Assembly (NCBI GenBank): GCA_040954595.2 | Contig: CM082583.2 | Coordinates: 1,498,925 to 1,562,924 of the forward strand | Length of the DNA: 64,000 nucleotides | Origin: Balanoglossus misakiensis | Lineage: Eukaryota > Animalia > Hemichordata | Reading direction: 5' to 3' | Part shown: one piece after another, positions 51,895-64,000 of the stretch | Position numbering within the stretch: position 1 is the first letter of the stretch | Layout of the letters: each line of letters begins with the position of its first letter | Program-made: the position numbers and the translations under genes | The notes under the pieces: model-generated | What the model was told of the DNA's origin: nothing | Seen by the model: only the letters and a program-made list of their open reading frames with translations | Database searches by the model: none

Positions 51895-51994
51895 CAGATG
51901 ACGTTCAATGTCTCTGTCACATTATTTATTTTGGAAAAAAGACAATTTTTCGAAAACAAGTCGAAAATGGTAATTTTATCTTGGGTGATCTAAT

Positions 51995-52412
51995 TCCAGG
52001 CTAACCAATAGGGCTAGAGGTCTGGTTTTAGTTGGACATGGCCCACTCTGGGGTCAACATTTTATGACCAAATTTTGGGTGACCTTGGATGACCTTTGAT
52101 CTACTTTCCCATATCTCAGCATCCACAGCAGTTAGAGTCCTGGCTTTTGGGGGGCAGATGGAGCACATATGGAGTCTTACACAATACCTCATTAATTATG
52201 TGCATACCTAATTCTAGGCGAACCAATAGAGCTAGGTGTTTGGTTTTTGTTGGACCTAGACTTGTATGGGGTCCGATTTTTTTGCCCAAATTTAGGGTGA
52301 CCTCAGGTGACCTTTGACCTACTTTCCCATATCTTGCTATCCACAGTAGATACAGCCTTGGCATTTGCTGGTTACCCTGGGAACCGCTTGTGCCCCGCCA
52401 ACGCTGCTTGCA
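51995..52412 (+). mobile_element. 3' part of a Helentron-associated element
   Basis: Ends in hairpin gctgc-tt-gcagc then tttaatt; body resembles the repeats at 11600-12700 and 30400-31450. Confidence 0.5.
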
Positions 52413-55400
52413 GCTTTAATTCTTATTTATTTTGTAAAAAAGACAATATTTCGAAAAAAAGTCGAAAATGATAATTTTGTCTTGGGTGATTCAAATTATA
52501 CCGCCTTTTCTGAAATTTGCAGCACTTTTTACAAGAGAACGACACTTCATGCTCCATAATATTTCCGAAAATGAAGAAAAGAGTTAATTTTTTATGATTT
52601 TTTAAAAATTTACCATTTTTGTCAAAATATGGCCAAAATGGCTATTTTTTCTTGAATTCCGTCAATATCTCATCATTTTTGGAGTGGTCGAAAGTTTTAA
52701 CATACAATCAACATGTCAAATATTATCAGGGCACCAAATTCGAAGAACAAAGGTTTTTTTTTTTTTTTTTTTCTAAAAATGACATTTTCAAGGAAAATTT
52801 GGTAAAACGCAATTTTGTCTTCAGTGAGCCAAATTAGACGGTCTTTTGTGGAATTTGTATCGATATATACATACGAAGAGCATTCTATACTCCATCAGAT
52901 TTCCGAAAATGTAGAAAACAGGTATTTTTGTAATTTTCAAAAATTTACCTTTTTGGTGCAAAAACGAATAAAACGCAATTTTGTATTAAATCAGCTCATT
53001 CAGAGTGCATTTTTTATAATCAGCACCATTTTTACATATAATGGAAATTTCATACATCATCAGATATCCAAATATGAAAAAATGATTTAGATTTTAGATG
53101 ATTGTCCAAAATTAGCTGATATCTAATAAATGTAGTATTGAACCGTTCTGTTCCCCACCCCCCTACATTATATGCGGTACGCTGGTGTCAGCTTACCCGA
53201 GAGTACTGAAGGCCGTGCCCCCAACTAACGTCGGTGTTTGAAACGCCCTGGTTAAATTCGGTATTTCTCTATAAATTGACAGGCAATAATACAGTCCTAC
53301 CCGAACAAATGTCGAGTGTTGACCCGCTGTGACATTCCCTCTTCGGTTTGCCCGACTTAGCCAACGTCTTTGTACTAGAGTGTCGGGTCTTTTGCAGAGC
53401 AAGGCCGAAGGAAATCCGACTTGATCACCGTTGATAACTTACGCCAGTCTGTGTCATATAGAGCCGGTGCACCAGCCGAGTCACACCATAGGAAATCTGA
53501 CTTGATCAACGTGGTCAATGTACGCCTGTTTCTGCTCTAGAGTGCCGGGGCTTCAGCTGAGCCAGGCCGTAGGAAACCCGACGTGATTACCGTTGTTAAC
53601 TTACGCCAGTCTGTGTCCTATATATAGTGCCGGGGCATCAGCCGTGCCAGGCCGAAGGAAATGTGAGTAGATCAACGTGGTCTCTGTACGCGTGTTTCTG
53701 CTCTAGAGTGCCAGGGCTTTAGCCAAGCCATGCCGTAGGAAATCTGACTTGATCAACGTTGCTAACGAACGCTAGTGTCTGTCATAGTGTGCCGGGGTTT
53801 TAGTCGAGCCAAGCCGTAGGAGATCAGACTTGATCAACGTGGTCTCTGTACGCGTGTTTCTGCTCTAGAGAGCCGGGGCTTTATCCAAGCCCTGCCGTAG
53901 AAAATCTGACTTGATCACCGTTGCTAACGTACGCTAGTGTCTGTCATATTGTGACGGAGATTTAGCCGAGCCAGGCCGTAGAAAAATCGACTTGTTCAAT
54001 GTTACCAGTGTGCAACTGTTTCTGCTATAGAGTGTCAGGGTTTTAGCCGACTTATGCCGTAGGAAGTCTGAGTTGATGAACGGGAATTCAATGTTAGAAA
54101 ACCCGTGTGGAAAGTATCTCTACCCGTTTGAAACTAAGAAAAGAATTTATTTTTATTTATTTTGTAAAAAAGACAATTTTTCGAAAAAAAGTCGAAAATG
54201 GTAATTTTGTCTTGGGTGATTCAAATTATACCGCCTTTTCTGGAATTTGCAGCACGTTTTACAAGAGAACGACACTTCACGCTCCATAATATTTCCGAAA
54301 ATGAAGAAAAGAGTTAATTGTTTAAGATTTTTTTAAAATTTACCATTTTTGTCAAAATATGGCCAAAATGGCTATTTTTTCTTGAATTCCGTCAATATCT
54401 CTGCATTTTTGGAGTGGTCGAAAGTTTTAACATACAATCAACATGTCATATATGATCAGGGCACCAAATTCGAAGAACAAAGGTTTTTTTATTTTTTTTC
54501 TAAAAATGACATTTTCAAGGAAAATTTGGTAAAACGCAATTTTGTCTGCAGTGAGCCAAATTAGACGGTCTTTTGTGGAATTTGTATCGATATATACATA
54601 CGAAGAGCATTCTATACTCCATCAGATTTCCGAAAATGTAGAAAACAGGTATTTTTTGTAATTTTCAAAAATTTACCATTTTGACCAAATTGTGGCTAAA
54701 ATTGTTATTTTCGTGTTGAATGCCGCCAGTGTCACTGCTTTTAAAAGTCATAAAAACTTTTAACATACAAGCAATTGTTTATATATGATCAGGTCACCGA
54801 ATTAAAAAAATAAAGAATGTTTTGCCTAAAAATGACCTTTTTGGTGCAAAAACGAATAAAACGCAATTTTGTATTAAATCAGCTCATTCAGAGTGCATTT
54901 TTTATAATCAGCACCATTTTTACATATAATGGAAATTTCATACATCATCAGATAGCCAAATATGAAAAAATGATTTAGATTTTAGATGATTGCCCAAAAT
55001 TAGCTGATATCTAATAAATGTAGTATTGAACCGTTCTGTCCCCCCCCCCCTCTACATTATATGCGGTACGCCGATGTCAGCTTACCCGGCAGTACTGCAG
55101 GCCGTGCCCCCAACTAACGTCGGTGTTTGAAACGCCCTGGTTAAATCGGGCTCTCTCTATAAATTGACAGGCAATAATGCAGTCCTACCCGAACAAATGT
55201 CGAGTGTTGACCCGCTGTGACTTTCCCTCTTCGGTTTGCCCGACTTAGCCAACGTCTTTGTACTAGAGTGTCGGGTCTTTTGCAGAGCCAGGCCGAAGGA
55301 AATCCGACTTGATCACCGTTGCTAACGAACGCTAGTGTCTGTCATGGTGTGCCGGGGTTTTAGTCGAGCCAGGCCGTAGGAAATCCGACGTAATCACCGT

Positions 55401-58400
55401 TCATAACTTACGCCAGTCTGTGTCATATAGAGCCGGTGCACCAGCCGAGTCACACCATAGGAAATCTGACTTGATCAACGTGGTCAATGTACGCCTGTTT
55501 CTGCTCTAGAGTGCCGGGGCTTCAGCTGAGCCAGGCCGTAGGAAACCCGACGTGATTACCGTTGTTAACTTACGCCAGTCTGTGTCCTATATATAGTGCC
55601 GGGGCATCAGCCGTGCCAGGCCGAAGGAAATGTGAGTAGATTAACGTGGTCTCTGTACGCGTGTTTCTGCTCTAGAGTGCCAGGGTTTTAGCCAAGCCAA
55701 GCCGTAGGAAATCTGACTTGATCAACGTTGCTAACGAACGCTAGTGTCTGTCATAGTGTGCCGGGGTTTTAGTCGAGCCAAGCCGTAGGAGATCAGACTT
55801 GATCAACGTGGTCTCTGTACGCGTGTTTCTGCTCTAGAGAGCCGGTGCTTTATCCAAGCCATGCCGTAGAAAATCTGACTTGATCACCGTTGCTAACGTA
55901 CGCTAGTGTCTGTCATATTGTGACGGAGATTTAGCCGAGCCATGCCGTAGAAAAATCGACTTGTTCAACGTTATCAGTGTGCAACTGTTTCTGCTCTAGA
56001 GTGTCAGGGTTTTAGCCGACGTATGCTGTAGGAAATCTGAGTTGATGAACGGGAATTCAATGTTAGAAAACCCGTGTGGAAAGTATCTCTACCCGTTTGA
56101 AACTAAGAAAAGAATTTATTCTTATTTATTTTGTAAAAAAGACAATTTTTCGAAAAAAATGCGAAAATGCTTATTTTGTCTTAGGTGATTCAAATTATAC
56201 CGCCTTTTCTGGAATTTGCAGCACTTTTTACAAGAGAACGACACTTCATGCTCCATTATATTTCCGAAAATGAAGAAAAGAGTTAATTTTTTTATGATTT
56301 TTTAAAAATTTACCATTTTTGTCAAAATATGGCCAAAATGGCTATTTTTTCTTGAATTCCGTCAATATCTCTACATTTTTGGAGTGGTCGAAAGTTTTAA
56401 CATACAATCAACATGTCATATATGATCAGGGCACCAAATTCGAAGAACAAGGGTTTTTTTAGTTTTTTTTTCTAAAAATGACATTTTGAAGGAAAATTTG
56501 GTAAAACGCAATTTTGTCTGCAGTGAGCCAAATTAGACGGTCTTTTGTAGAATTTGTATCGATATATACATACGAAGAGCATTCAATACTCCATCAGATT
56601 TCCGAATATGTAGAAAACAGGTATTTTTTGTAATTTTCAAAAATTTACCATTTCGACCAAATTGTGGCTAAAATTGATATTTTCGTGTTGAATGCCGCCA
56701 GTGTCACTGCTTTTAAAAGTCATAAAACTTTTAACATACAAACAATTCTTTATATATGATCAGGTCACCGAATTAAAAAAAATAAAGAATGTTTTGCCTA
56801 AAAATGACCTTTTTGGTGCAAAAACGAATAAAACGCAATTTTGTATTAAATCAGCTCATTCAGAGTGCATTTTTTATAATCAGCACCATTTTTACATATA
56901 ATGGAAATTTCATACATCATCAGATATCCAAATATGAAAAAATGATTTAGATTTTAGATGATTGTCCAAAATTAGCTGATATCTAATAAATGTAGTATTG
57001 AACCGTTCTGTTTCCCCCCCCCCCCCTACATTATATGCGGTACGCCGATGTCAGCTTACCCGGCAGTACTGCAGGCCGTGCCCCCAACTAACGTCGGTGT
57101 TTTAAACGCCCTGGTTAAATTCGGGCTTTCTCTATAAATTGACAGGCAATAATGCAGTCCTACCCGACAAAATGTCGAGTGTTGACCCGCTGTGACTTTC
57201 CCTCTTCGGTTTGCCCGACTTAGCCAACGTATTTGTACTAGTGTGTCGGGTCTTTTGCAGAGTCAGGCCGAAGGAAATCCGACTTGATCACCGTTGCTAA
57301 CGAACGCTAGTGTCTTTCATGGTGTGCCGGGGCTTCAGCTGAGCCAGGCCGTAGGAAACCCGACGTGATTACCGTTGTTAACTTACGCCAGTCTGTGTCG
57401 TATATATGGTGCCGGGGCATCAGCCGTGCCAGGCCGTAGGAAATGTGAGTAGATCAACGTGGTCTCTGTACGCGTGTTTCTGCTGTAGAGTGCCAGGGCT
57501 TTAGCCGAGCCATGCCGTAGGAAATCTGACTTGATCAACGTTGCTAACGAACGCTAGCGTCTGTCATAGTGTGCCGGGGTTTTAGTCGAGCCAGGCCGTA
57601 GGAAATCTGACTTGATCATCGTGGTCAATGTACGCGTGTTTCCGCTCTAAAGTGCCGGGGCTTCAGCTAAACCAGGCCGTAGGAAATCCGACGTAATCAT
57701 CGTTGATAACTTACGCCAGTCTGCGTCATATAGAGCCGGTGCACCAGCCGTGCCATGGCGTAGAAAAATCCACTTGTTCAACGTTACCAGTGTGCAACTG
57801 TTTCTGCTCTAGAGTGTCAGGGTTTTAGCCGACTTATGCTGTAGGAAATCTGAGTTGATGAACGGGAATTCAATGTTAGAAAACCCGTGTGGAAAGTATC
57901 TCTACCCGTTTGAAACTAAGAAAAGAATGTATTCTTATTTATTTTGTAAAAAAGACAATTTTTCGAAAAAAAGTCGAAAATGGTTATTTTGTCTTGGTTG
58001 ATTCAAATTATACCGCCTTTTCTGGAATTTGAAGCACTTTTTTCAAGAGAACGACACTTCCTGCTCCATAATATTTCCGAAAATGAAGAAAAGAGTTAAT
58101 TTTTTATGATTTTTTAAAAATTTACCATTGTTGTCAAAATATGGCCGAAATGGCCATTTTTTCTTGAATTCCGTCAATATCTCTGCATTTTTGGAGTGGT
58201 CGAAAATTTTAACATACAATCAACATGTCATATATGATCAGGGCACCAAATTCGAAGAACAAAGGTTTTTTTTATTGTTTTTTCTAAAAATGACATTTTC
58301 AAGGAAAATTTGGTAAAACGCAATTTTGTCTGCAGTGAGCCAAATTAGACGGTCTTTTGTAGAATTTGTATCGATATATACATACGAAGAGCATTCTATA

Positions 58401-61400
58401 CTCCATCAGATTTCCGAAAATGTAGAAAACAGGTATTTTTTGTAATTTTCAAAAAATTACCATTTCGACCAAATTGTGGCTAAAATTGTTATTTTCGTGT
58501 TGAATGCCGCCAGTGTCACTGCTTTTAAAAGTCATAAAAACTTTTAACATACAAGCAATTCTTTATATATGATCAGGTCACCGAATTAAAAAAAATAAAG
58601 AATGTTTTGCCTAAAAATGACCTGTTTGGTGCAAAAACGAATAAAACGCAATTTTGTATTAAATCAGTGCATTTTTTATAATCAGCACCATTTTTACATA
58701 TAATGGAAATTTCATACATCATCAGATATCCAAATATGAAAAAATGATTTAGAATTTAGATGATTGTCCAAAATTAGCTGATATCTAATAAATGTAGTAT
58801 TGAACCGTTCTGTTCCCCCCCCCCCCCCTTACATTATATGCGGTACGCCGATATCAGCTTACCCGGCAGTACTGCAGGCCGTGCCCCCAAATAACGTCGG
58901 TGTTTGAACGCCCTGGTTAAATTCGGGCTTTCTCTATAAATTGACAGGCAATAATGCAGTCCTACCCGAACAAACGTCGAGTGTTGACCCGCTGTGACTT
59001 TCCCTCTTAGGTTTGCCCGACTTAGCCAACATCTTTGTACTAGAGTGTCGGGTCTTTTGCAGAGCCAGGCCGAAGGAAATCCGACTTGATCACCGTTGCT
59101 AACGAACGCTAGTGTCTGGCATGGTGTGCCGGGGTTTTAGTCGAGCCAGACCGTAGGAGATCTGCCTTGATCATCGTGGTCAATGTACGCGTGTTTCCGC
59201 TCTAAAGTGCCGGGGCTTCAGCTAAACCAGGCCGTAGGAAATCCGACGTAATCACCGTTGATAACTTACGCCAGTCTGTGTCATATAGAGCCAGCCGAGT
59301 CACGCCGTAGGAAATCTGATCAACATGGTCAATGTAAGCCTGTTTCTGCTCTAGAGTGCCGGGGCTTCAGCTGGGCCAGGCCGTAGGAAACCCGACGTGA
59401 TTACCGTTGTTAACTTACGCCAGTCTGTGTCCTATATATAGTGCCGGGGCATCAGCCGTGCCAGGCCGAAGAAATTGTGAGTAGATCAACGTGGTCTCTG
59501 TACGCGTGTTTCTGCTCTAGAGTGCCGGTGCTTCAGCCGAGTCAGGCCGTAGGAAATCTGACTTGATCAACGTTGCTAACGAACGCTAGTGTCTGTCATA
59601 GTGTGCCGGGGTTTTAGTCAAGCCAAGCCGTAGGATATCAGACTTGATCAACGTGGTCTCTGTACGCGTGTTTCTGCTCTAGAGTGCCGGGGCTTTATCC
59701 AAGCCATGCCGTAGAAAATCTGACTTGATCACCGTTGCTAACGTACGCTAGTGTCTGTCATATTGTGACGGAGATTTAGCCGAGCCAGGCCGTAGAAAAA
59801 TCGACTTGTTCAACGTTACCAGTGTGCAACTGTTTCTGCTCTAGAGTGTCAGGGTTTTAGCCGACTTGTGCTGTAGGAAATCTGAGTTGATGAACGGGAA
59901 TTCATTGTTAGAAAACCCGTGTGGAAAGTATCTCTACCCGTTTGAAACTAAGAAAAGAATTTATTCTTATTTATTTTGTAAAAAAGACAATTTTTCGAAA
60001 AAAAGTCGAAAATGGTAATTTTGTCTTGGGTGATTCAAATTATACCGCCTTTTCTGGAATTTGCAGCACTTTTTACAAGAGAACGACACTTCATGGTCCA
60101 TAATATTTCCGAAAATGAAGAAAAGAGTTAATTTTTTATGATTTTTTAAAAATTTACCATTTTTGTCAAAATATGGCCAAAATGGCTATTTTTTCTTGAA
60201 TTCCGTCAATATCTCTACATTTTTGGAGTGGTCGAGTTTTAACATACAATCTACATGTCATATATGATCGGGGCACCAAATTCGAAGAACAAAGGTTTTT
60301 TTATTTTTTTTTTCTAAAAATGACATTTTCAAGGAAAATTTGGTAAAACGCAATTTTGTCTGCAGTGAGCCAAATTAGACGGTCTTTTGTGGAATTTGTA
60401 TCGATATATACATACGAAGAGCATTCTATACGCCATCAGATTTCCGAAAATGTAGAAAACAGGTATTTTTGTAATTTTCAAAAATTTACCATTTTGACCA
60501 AATTGTGGCTAAAATTGTTATTTTCGTGTTGAATGCCGCCAGTGTCACTGCTTTTAAAAGTCATAAAAACTTTTAACATACAAGCAATTGTTTATATATG
60601 ATCAGGTCACCGAATTAAAAAAAATAAAGAATGTTTTGCCTAAAAATGACCTTTTTGGTGCAAAAACGAATAAAACGCAATTTTGTATTAAATCAGCTCA
60701 TTCAGAGTGCATTTTTTATAATCAGCACCATTTTTACATATAATGGAAATTCATACATGATCAGATATCCAAATATGAAAAAAGTGATTTAGATTTTAGA
60801 TGATTGTCCAAAATTAGCTGATGTCTAATAAATGTAGTATTGAACCGTTCTGTCCCCCCCCCTACATTATATGCGGTACGCCGATGTCAGCTTACCCGGC
60901 AGTACTGCAGGCCGTGCCCCCAACTAACGTCGGTGTGTGAAACGCCCTGGTTAAATTCGGGCTTTCTCTATAAATTGACAGGCAATAATGCAGTCCTACC
61001 CGAACAAATGTCGAGTGTTGACCCGCTGTGACTTTCCCTCTTCGGTTTGCCCGACTTAGCCAACGTCTTTTTACTAGAGTGTCGGGTCTTTTGCAGAGCC
61101 AGGCCGAAGGAAATCCGACTTGATCACCGTTGCTAACGAACGCTAGTGTCTGTCATAGTGTGCCGGGGTTTTAGTCGAGCCAAGCCGTAAGAGATCAGAC
61201 TTGATCAACGTGGTCTCTGTACGCGTGTTTCTGCTCTAGGGTGCCAGGGCTTTAGCCAAGCCATGCCGTAGGAAATCTGACTTGATCAACGTTGCTAACG
61301 AACGCTAGTGTCTGTCATAGTGTGCCGGGGTTTTAGTCGAGCCAAGCCGTAAGAGATCAGACTTGATCAACGTGGTCTCTGTACGCGTGTTTCTGCTCTA

Positions 61401-61495
61401 GAGTGTCGGGGCTTTATCCAAGCCATGCCGTAGAAAATCTGACTTGATCACCGTTGCTAACGTACGCTAGTGTCTGTCATATTGTGACGGACATT
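52413..61495 (+). repeat. ~1.8-2.0-kb tandem repeat (~4.8 units): AT-rich half plus GC-richer half of ~81-bp subrepeats
   Basis: Boundary motif ggaaagtatctctacccg at ~54109, 56078, 57891, 59923; ccgtaggaaatc spaced 81-85 bp. Confidence 0.95.
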
Positions 61496-64000
61496 AGAGA
61501 GATTAAGATAGCATACGTAGCGAGAACGTAACGTAGAACACCGATCGCGTTCCGTTTACGTTACGTGTTGTGAAAAAAGTGATTAAGACGGCAACGTGAC
61601 CTTTGACACGTCATGACGCGAATCTTCGTAAAAATGTATCTAATTGGCGGTGACTTTTTTTATTATCCAATCATCGCTATCGTTACTGCATCGTTTTGTT
61701 GCGTCAAAGTTTGTAAACATTTGCCTTAGTAACCAGGAGATGATCGATGGCGGCAGCTAGGAGAAGGTAAGTATCGTCTATATCAACGCATTTTATTGTA
61801 TTTTTTGCAGCGAGGATAAACTTTTGGTGTAGTAGGGTCCTGTAGTATGAATGTAATGGAGAGAAGGCGGTCTGGCATGAAAATAACACATTTGGAAGAA
61901 ATAGGAAGCATACGTAGGTCGAATACGATGTAGTGATTTCCCATCTCAAAAATGTTCAATATCTTACTTTTATGTGACTTTTTTCGAGTATCCATTTTCC
62001 CTGCAATGAGTGGTTGTGCTCTGTCCTCGACCTTTAATTCCAATGGAGTTTCTCAAGTTTATCCTCAGGATACGACAGTAAATGCATACTATGTGTATAA
62101 TTTTCTCGTACACTTACAGGCGTAGACGTGAAGAAATCACTGAGGCCCTTTTAATATGGGATGAAGAACAGGACGACGTCGAGATGTTGTTGATCGACAC
62201 GTTTGCGAATGGGCGAGATTTGAATAACGCTCCAGTTGATCTTGATTTATTTTCAGATGATGAGTGTTTCGAATTTTTCAGGTAGGCAAGAAAGATGTTG
62301 ATGTATTATTCGTCATTGTTTACAAAAAACTTCATAGTTATTTCACTAAAAATACTATAAAAAAAAGAAAAGAAATGGAATACTACACTTTTTAAATCTA
62401 TTTTTCTTTCCAAAATTACAGATTTGCAAAGCAGGACCTGATCCGGTTACACGATGCACTCTCTCTTCCGGAAAAGATAGTTGGTTACAATGGATCCACA
62501 GCAACAAGCATGGAGGCATTACTTATTCTACTGCGCCGACTCTCATATCCTAATCGCTGGTGTGATTTAGTACATTTCTTTCAAAGAGACGAGCCAGAAT
62601 TGAGTATAATTTTCAATACGGTATGTGATTTTGTTGTTAATGTATCATTTTTTATATTTTTAATACATGTTATGTGTTCCTGCAAATTTTGTACTAAATA
62701 ATCAGTACATAGTAATTTCTTATCAGTAGAATGACATATTTACACTCTGTATGCAAAAAGACAATCTAAAGAATGACACTGGATCGAATAACAAATTGCC
62801 AGGACGTATGTATGTGTTGTTTAACACTAAGGTTAAATATGTGACTTCACAGACTTATTTCAAATCTGTTTGGGTGTGTTGTTTTATGCAGATTGCAGAA
62901 CATATCCATAGAGAGTTTGGTCACCTCCTTACAAATCTAGACTTGGCGTGGATTGATCCAGTGGCATTTTCTGCTGCAATCATTAACAAGGGAGCCCCAC
63001 TGGATAATTGTTGGGGATTTATTGATGGGACCGCCAGACCTATTTCCAGACCACGTCATGGCCAAAAAGTTGTGTTTTCTGGCCATAAAAGAACTCACTG
63101 TCTTAAATTTCAGGTAAGGAATATCCTTTTCTCTCTATCCAGGGAGTATTTGACTATTTGAACTGAATTCTGACCCAGTCTGTTTTGCATTATTCAAGGG
63201 TTGAATATTGATGGCTTCATTCATAACTGAAAGATATTGTCCTTTATTCCTTTGCAGTCGATTCAAACCCCCTGCGGACTTGTCGCCCATATGTTTGGGC
63301 CGATTGAGGGAAGTCGGCACGATGCATACATGCTGGCAGAGAGTGGAGTGCTACCAGGGTTAGAGCAGATCCAACACAATGGTGTAGTGATGTGTGTATA
63401 TGGCGATCCTGCATATCCTCTTCGGCCTGAGTTAATGGGACCATTTAAGGGGGCAAATTTAAATGAACAACAAAAGAATTTAAATAAAGCAATGTCTGAA
63501 GTTCGTACTTGTGTTGAATGGGGGTTTTGGAAAATAGTGTCTTTGTTTGCGTTTCTTGATTTTAAGAAAAATCAGAAGCTTTATTTACAACCGGTGGGGG
63601 GTTATTTTCTTGTTGCAACCATTTTATGTAATTGTCATACCTGTCTCTATGGCAGTGAAACAGGCATTTATTTTGACCTGGAACCTCCTACTCTGGAAAA
63701 TTACCTTGGTAACCATTGAAGCGTTGAAGTGTTTTGAAGTTGTGTTAGAGTTGAATAATAAAGATTGACAATTTTAATATCCTTTTTTAACTATGTTGTT
63801 TTATTTGAGTTCTAACTCTCCCTTGTAGGACACTCATAAACAAAACACGATCTCATTCACTAAAGCACATTGAAGTAAATGAACAGTAAATTTTAATTTT
63901 TCATTGGACTTTTTCTAAAATTGTAGAAATTTACAACTGTACTGAATTAATACTATCAGGCAACATTGTTTATATGGTGGGTGATTAGAAAATTATTTTG
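61496..64000 (+). mobile_element. Autonomous PHIS (PIF/Harbinger-like) DNA transposon; right end outside window
   Basis: Satellite unit interrupted after att by agagagattaag...; transposase gene starts 250 bp inside. Confidence 0.8.
61747..63719 (+). CDS. DDE_Tnp_4/Harbinger-type transposase, 5 exons (61747-61766, 62120-62281, 62422-62620, 62892-63113, 63258-63719), 354 aa
   Basis: All introns GT-AG with compatible phases (2,2,0,0), 1065 nt in frame; motifs WGFIDGT, GHKRTHCLKFQ, GSRHD, YGDPAY, VEWGF; AATAAA at ~63758. Confidence 0.92.

Larger units (their letters stand above)
41254..51921 (-). mobile_element. Full-length Ty3/gypsy LTR retrotransposon; 3' LTR 41254-41766, 5' LTR 48412-48901+51899-51921; TSD TTAT
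   Basis: 513-bp TG...CA LTRs with ~4 differences; TTAT at 41250-41253 and 51922-51925; PPT G-run 41769-41780; PBS 48391-48409; order gag-PR-RT-RH-IN. Confidence 0.97.

Noticed and set aside
52365-60103. Repeated short ORFs (MESISTRLKLRKEF..., MSKYGQNGYFF...)
   Set aside because: Chance frames in satellite units, broken by homopolymer indels between copies.

Overview
Repeat-dense eukaryotic DNA, probably from an invertebrate animal (GT-AG spliced genes, AT-rich). The left half is dominated by a giant diverged inverted duplication (arms ~5080-18889 and ~25224-35530). Each arm holds nested palindromes, arm-specific DNA-transposon insertions whose TSDs can be verified against the empty site in the other arm, and a near-invariant pair of structured hairpin motifs. 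Each arm also starts with an outward-facing promoter/first exon. The 6.3-kb spacer holds an internally deleted gene for a secreted pentraxin-domain protein. A spliced tandem OB-fold gene with an inverted copy of its leader lies at the far left. The right half has two 86-bp satellite arrays in a tandem duplication, LTR and LINE relics, and a young but crippled full-length Ty3/gypsy element (41254-51921, minus strand). Its 5' LTR carries a nested gag-only LTR element (48902-51894). These are followed by a ~1.9-kb higher-order tandem repeat and an intact 5-exon PIF/Harbinger-type (PHIS) transposase gene whose element runs off the window. All alignments and identities were read by eye; no database searches were run.
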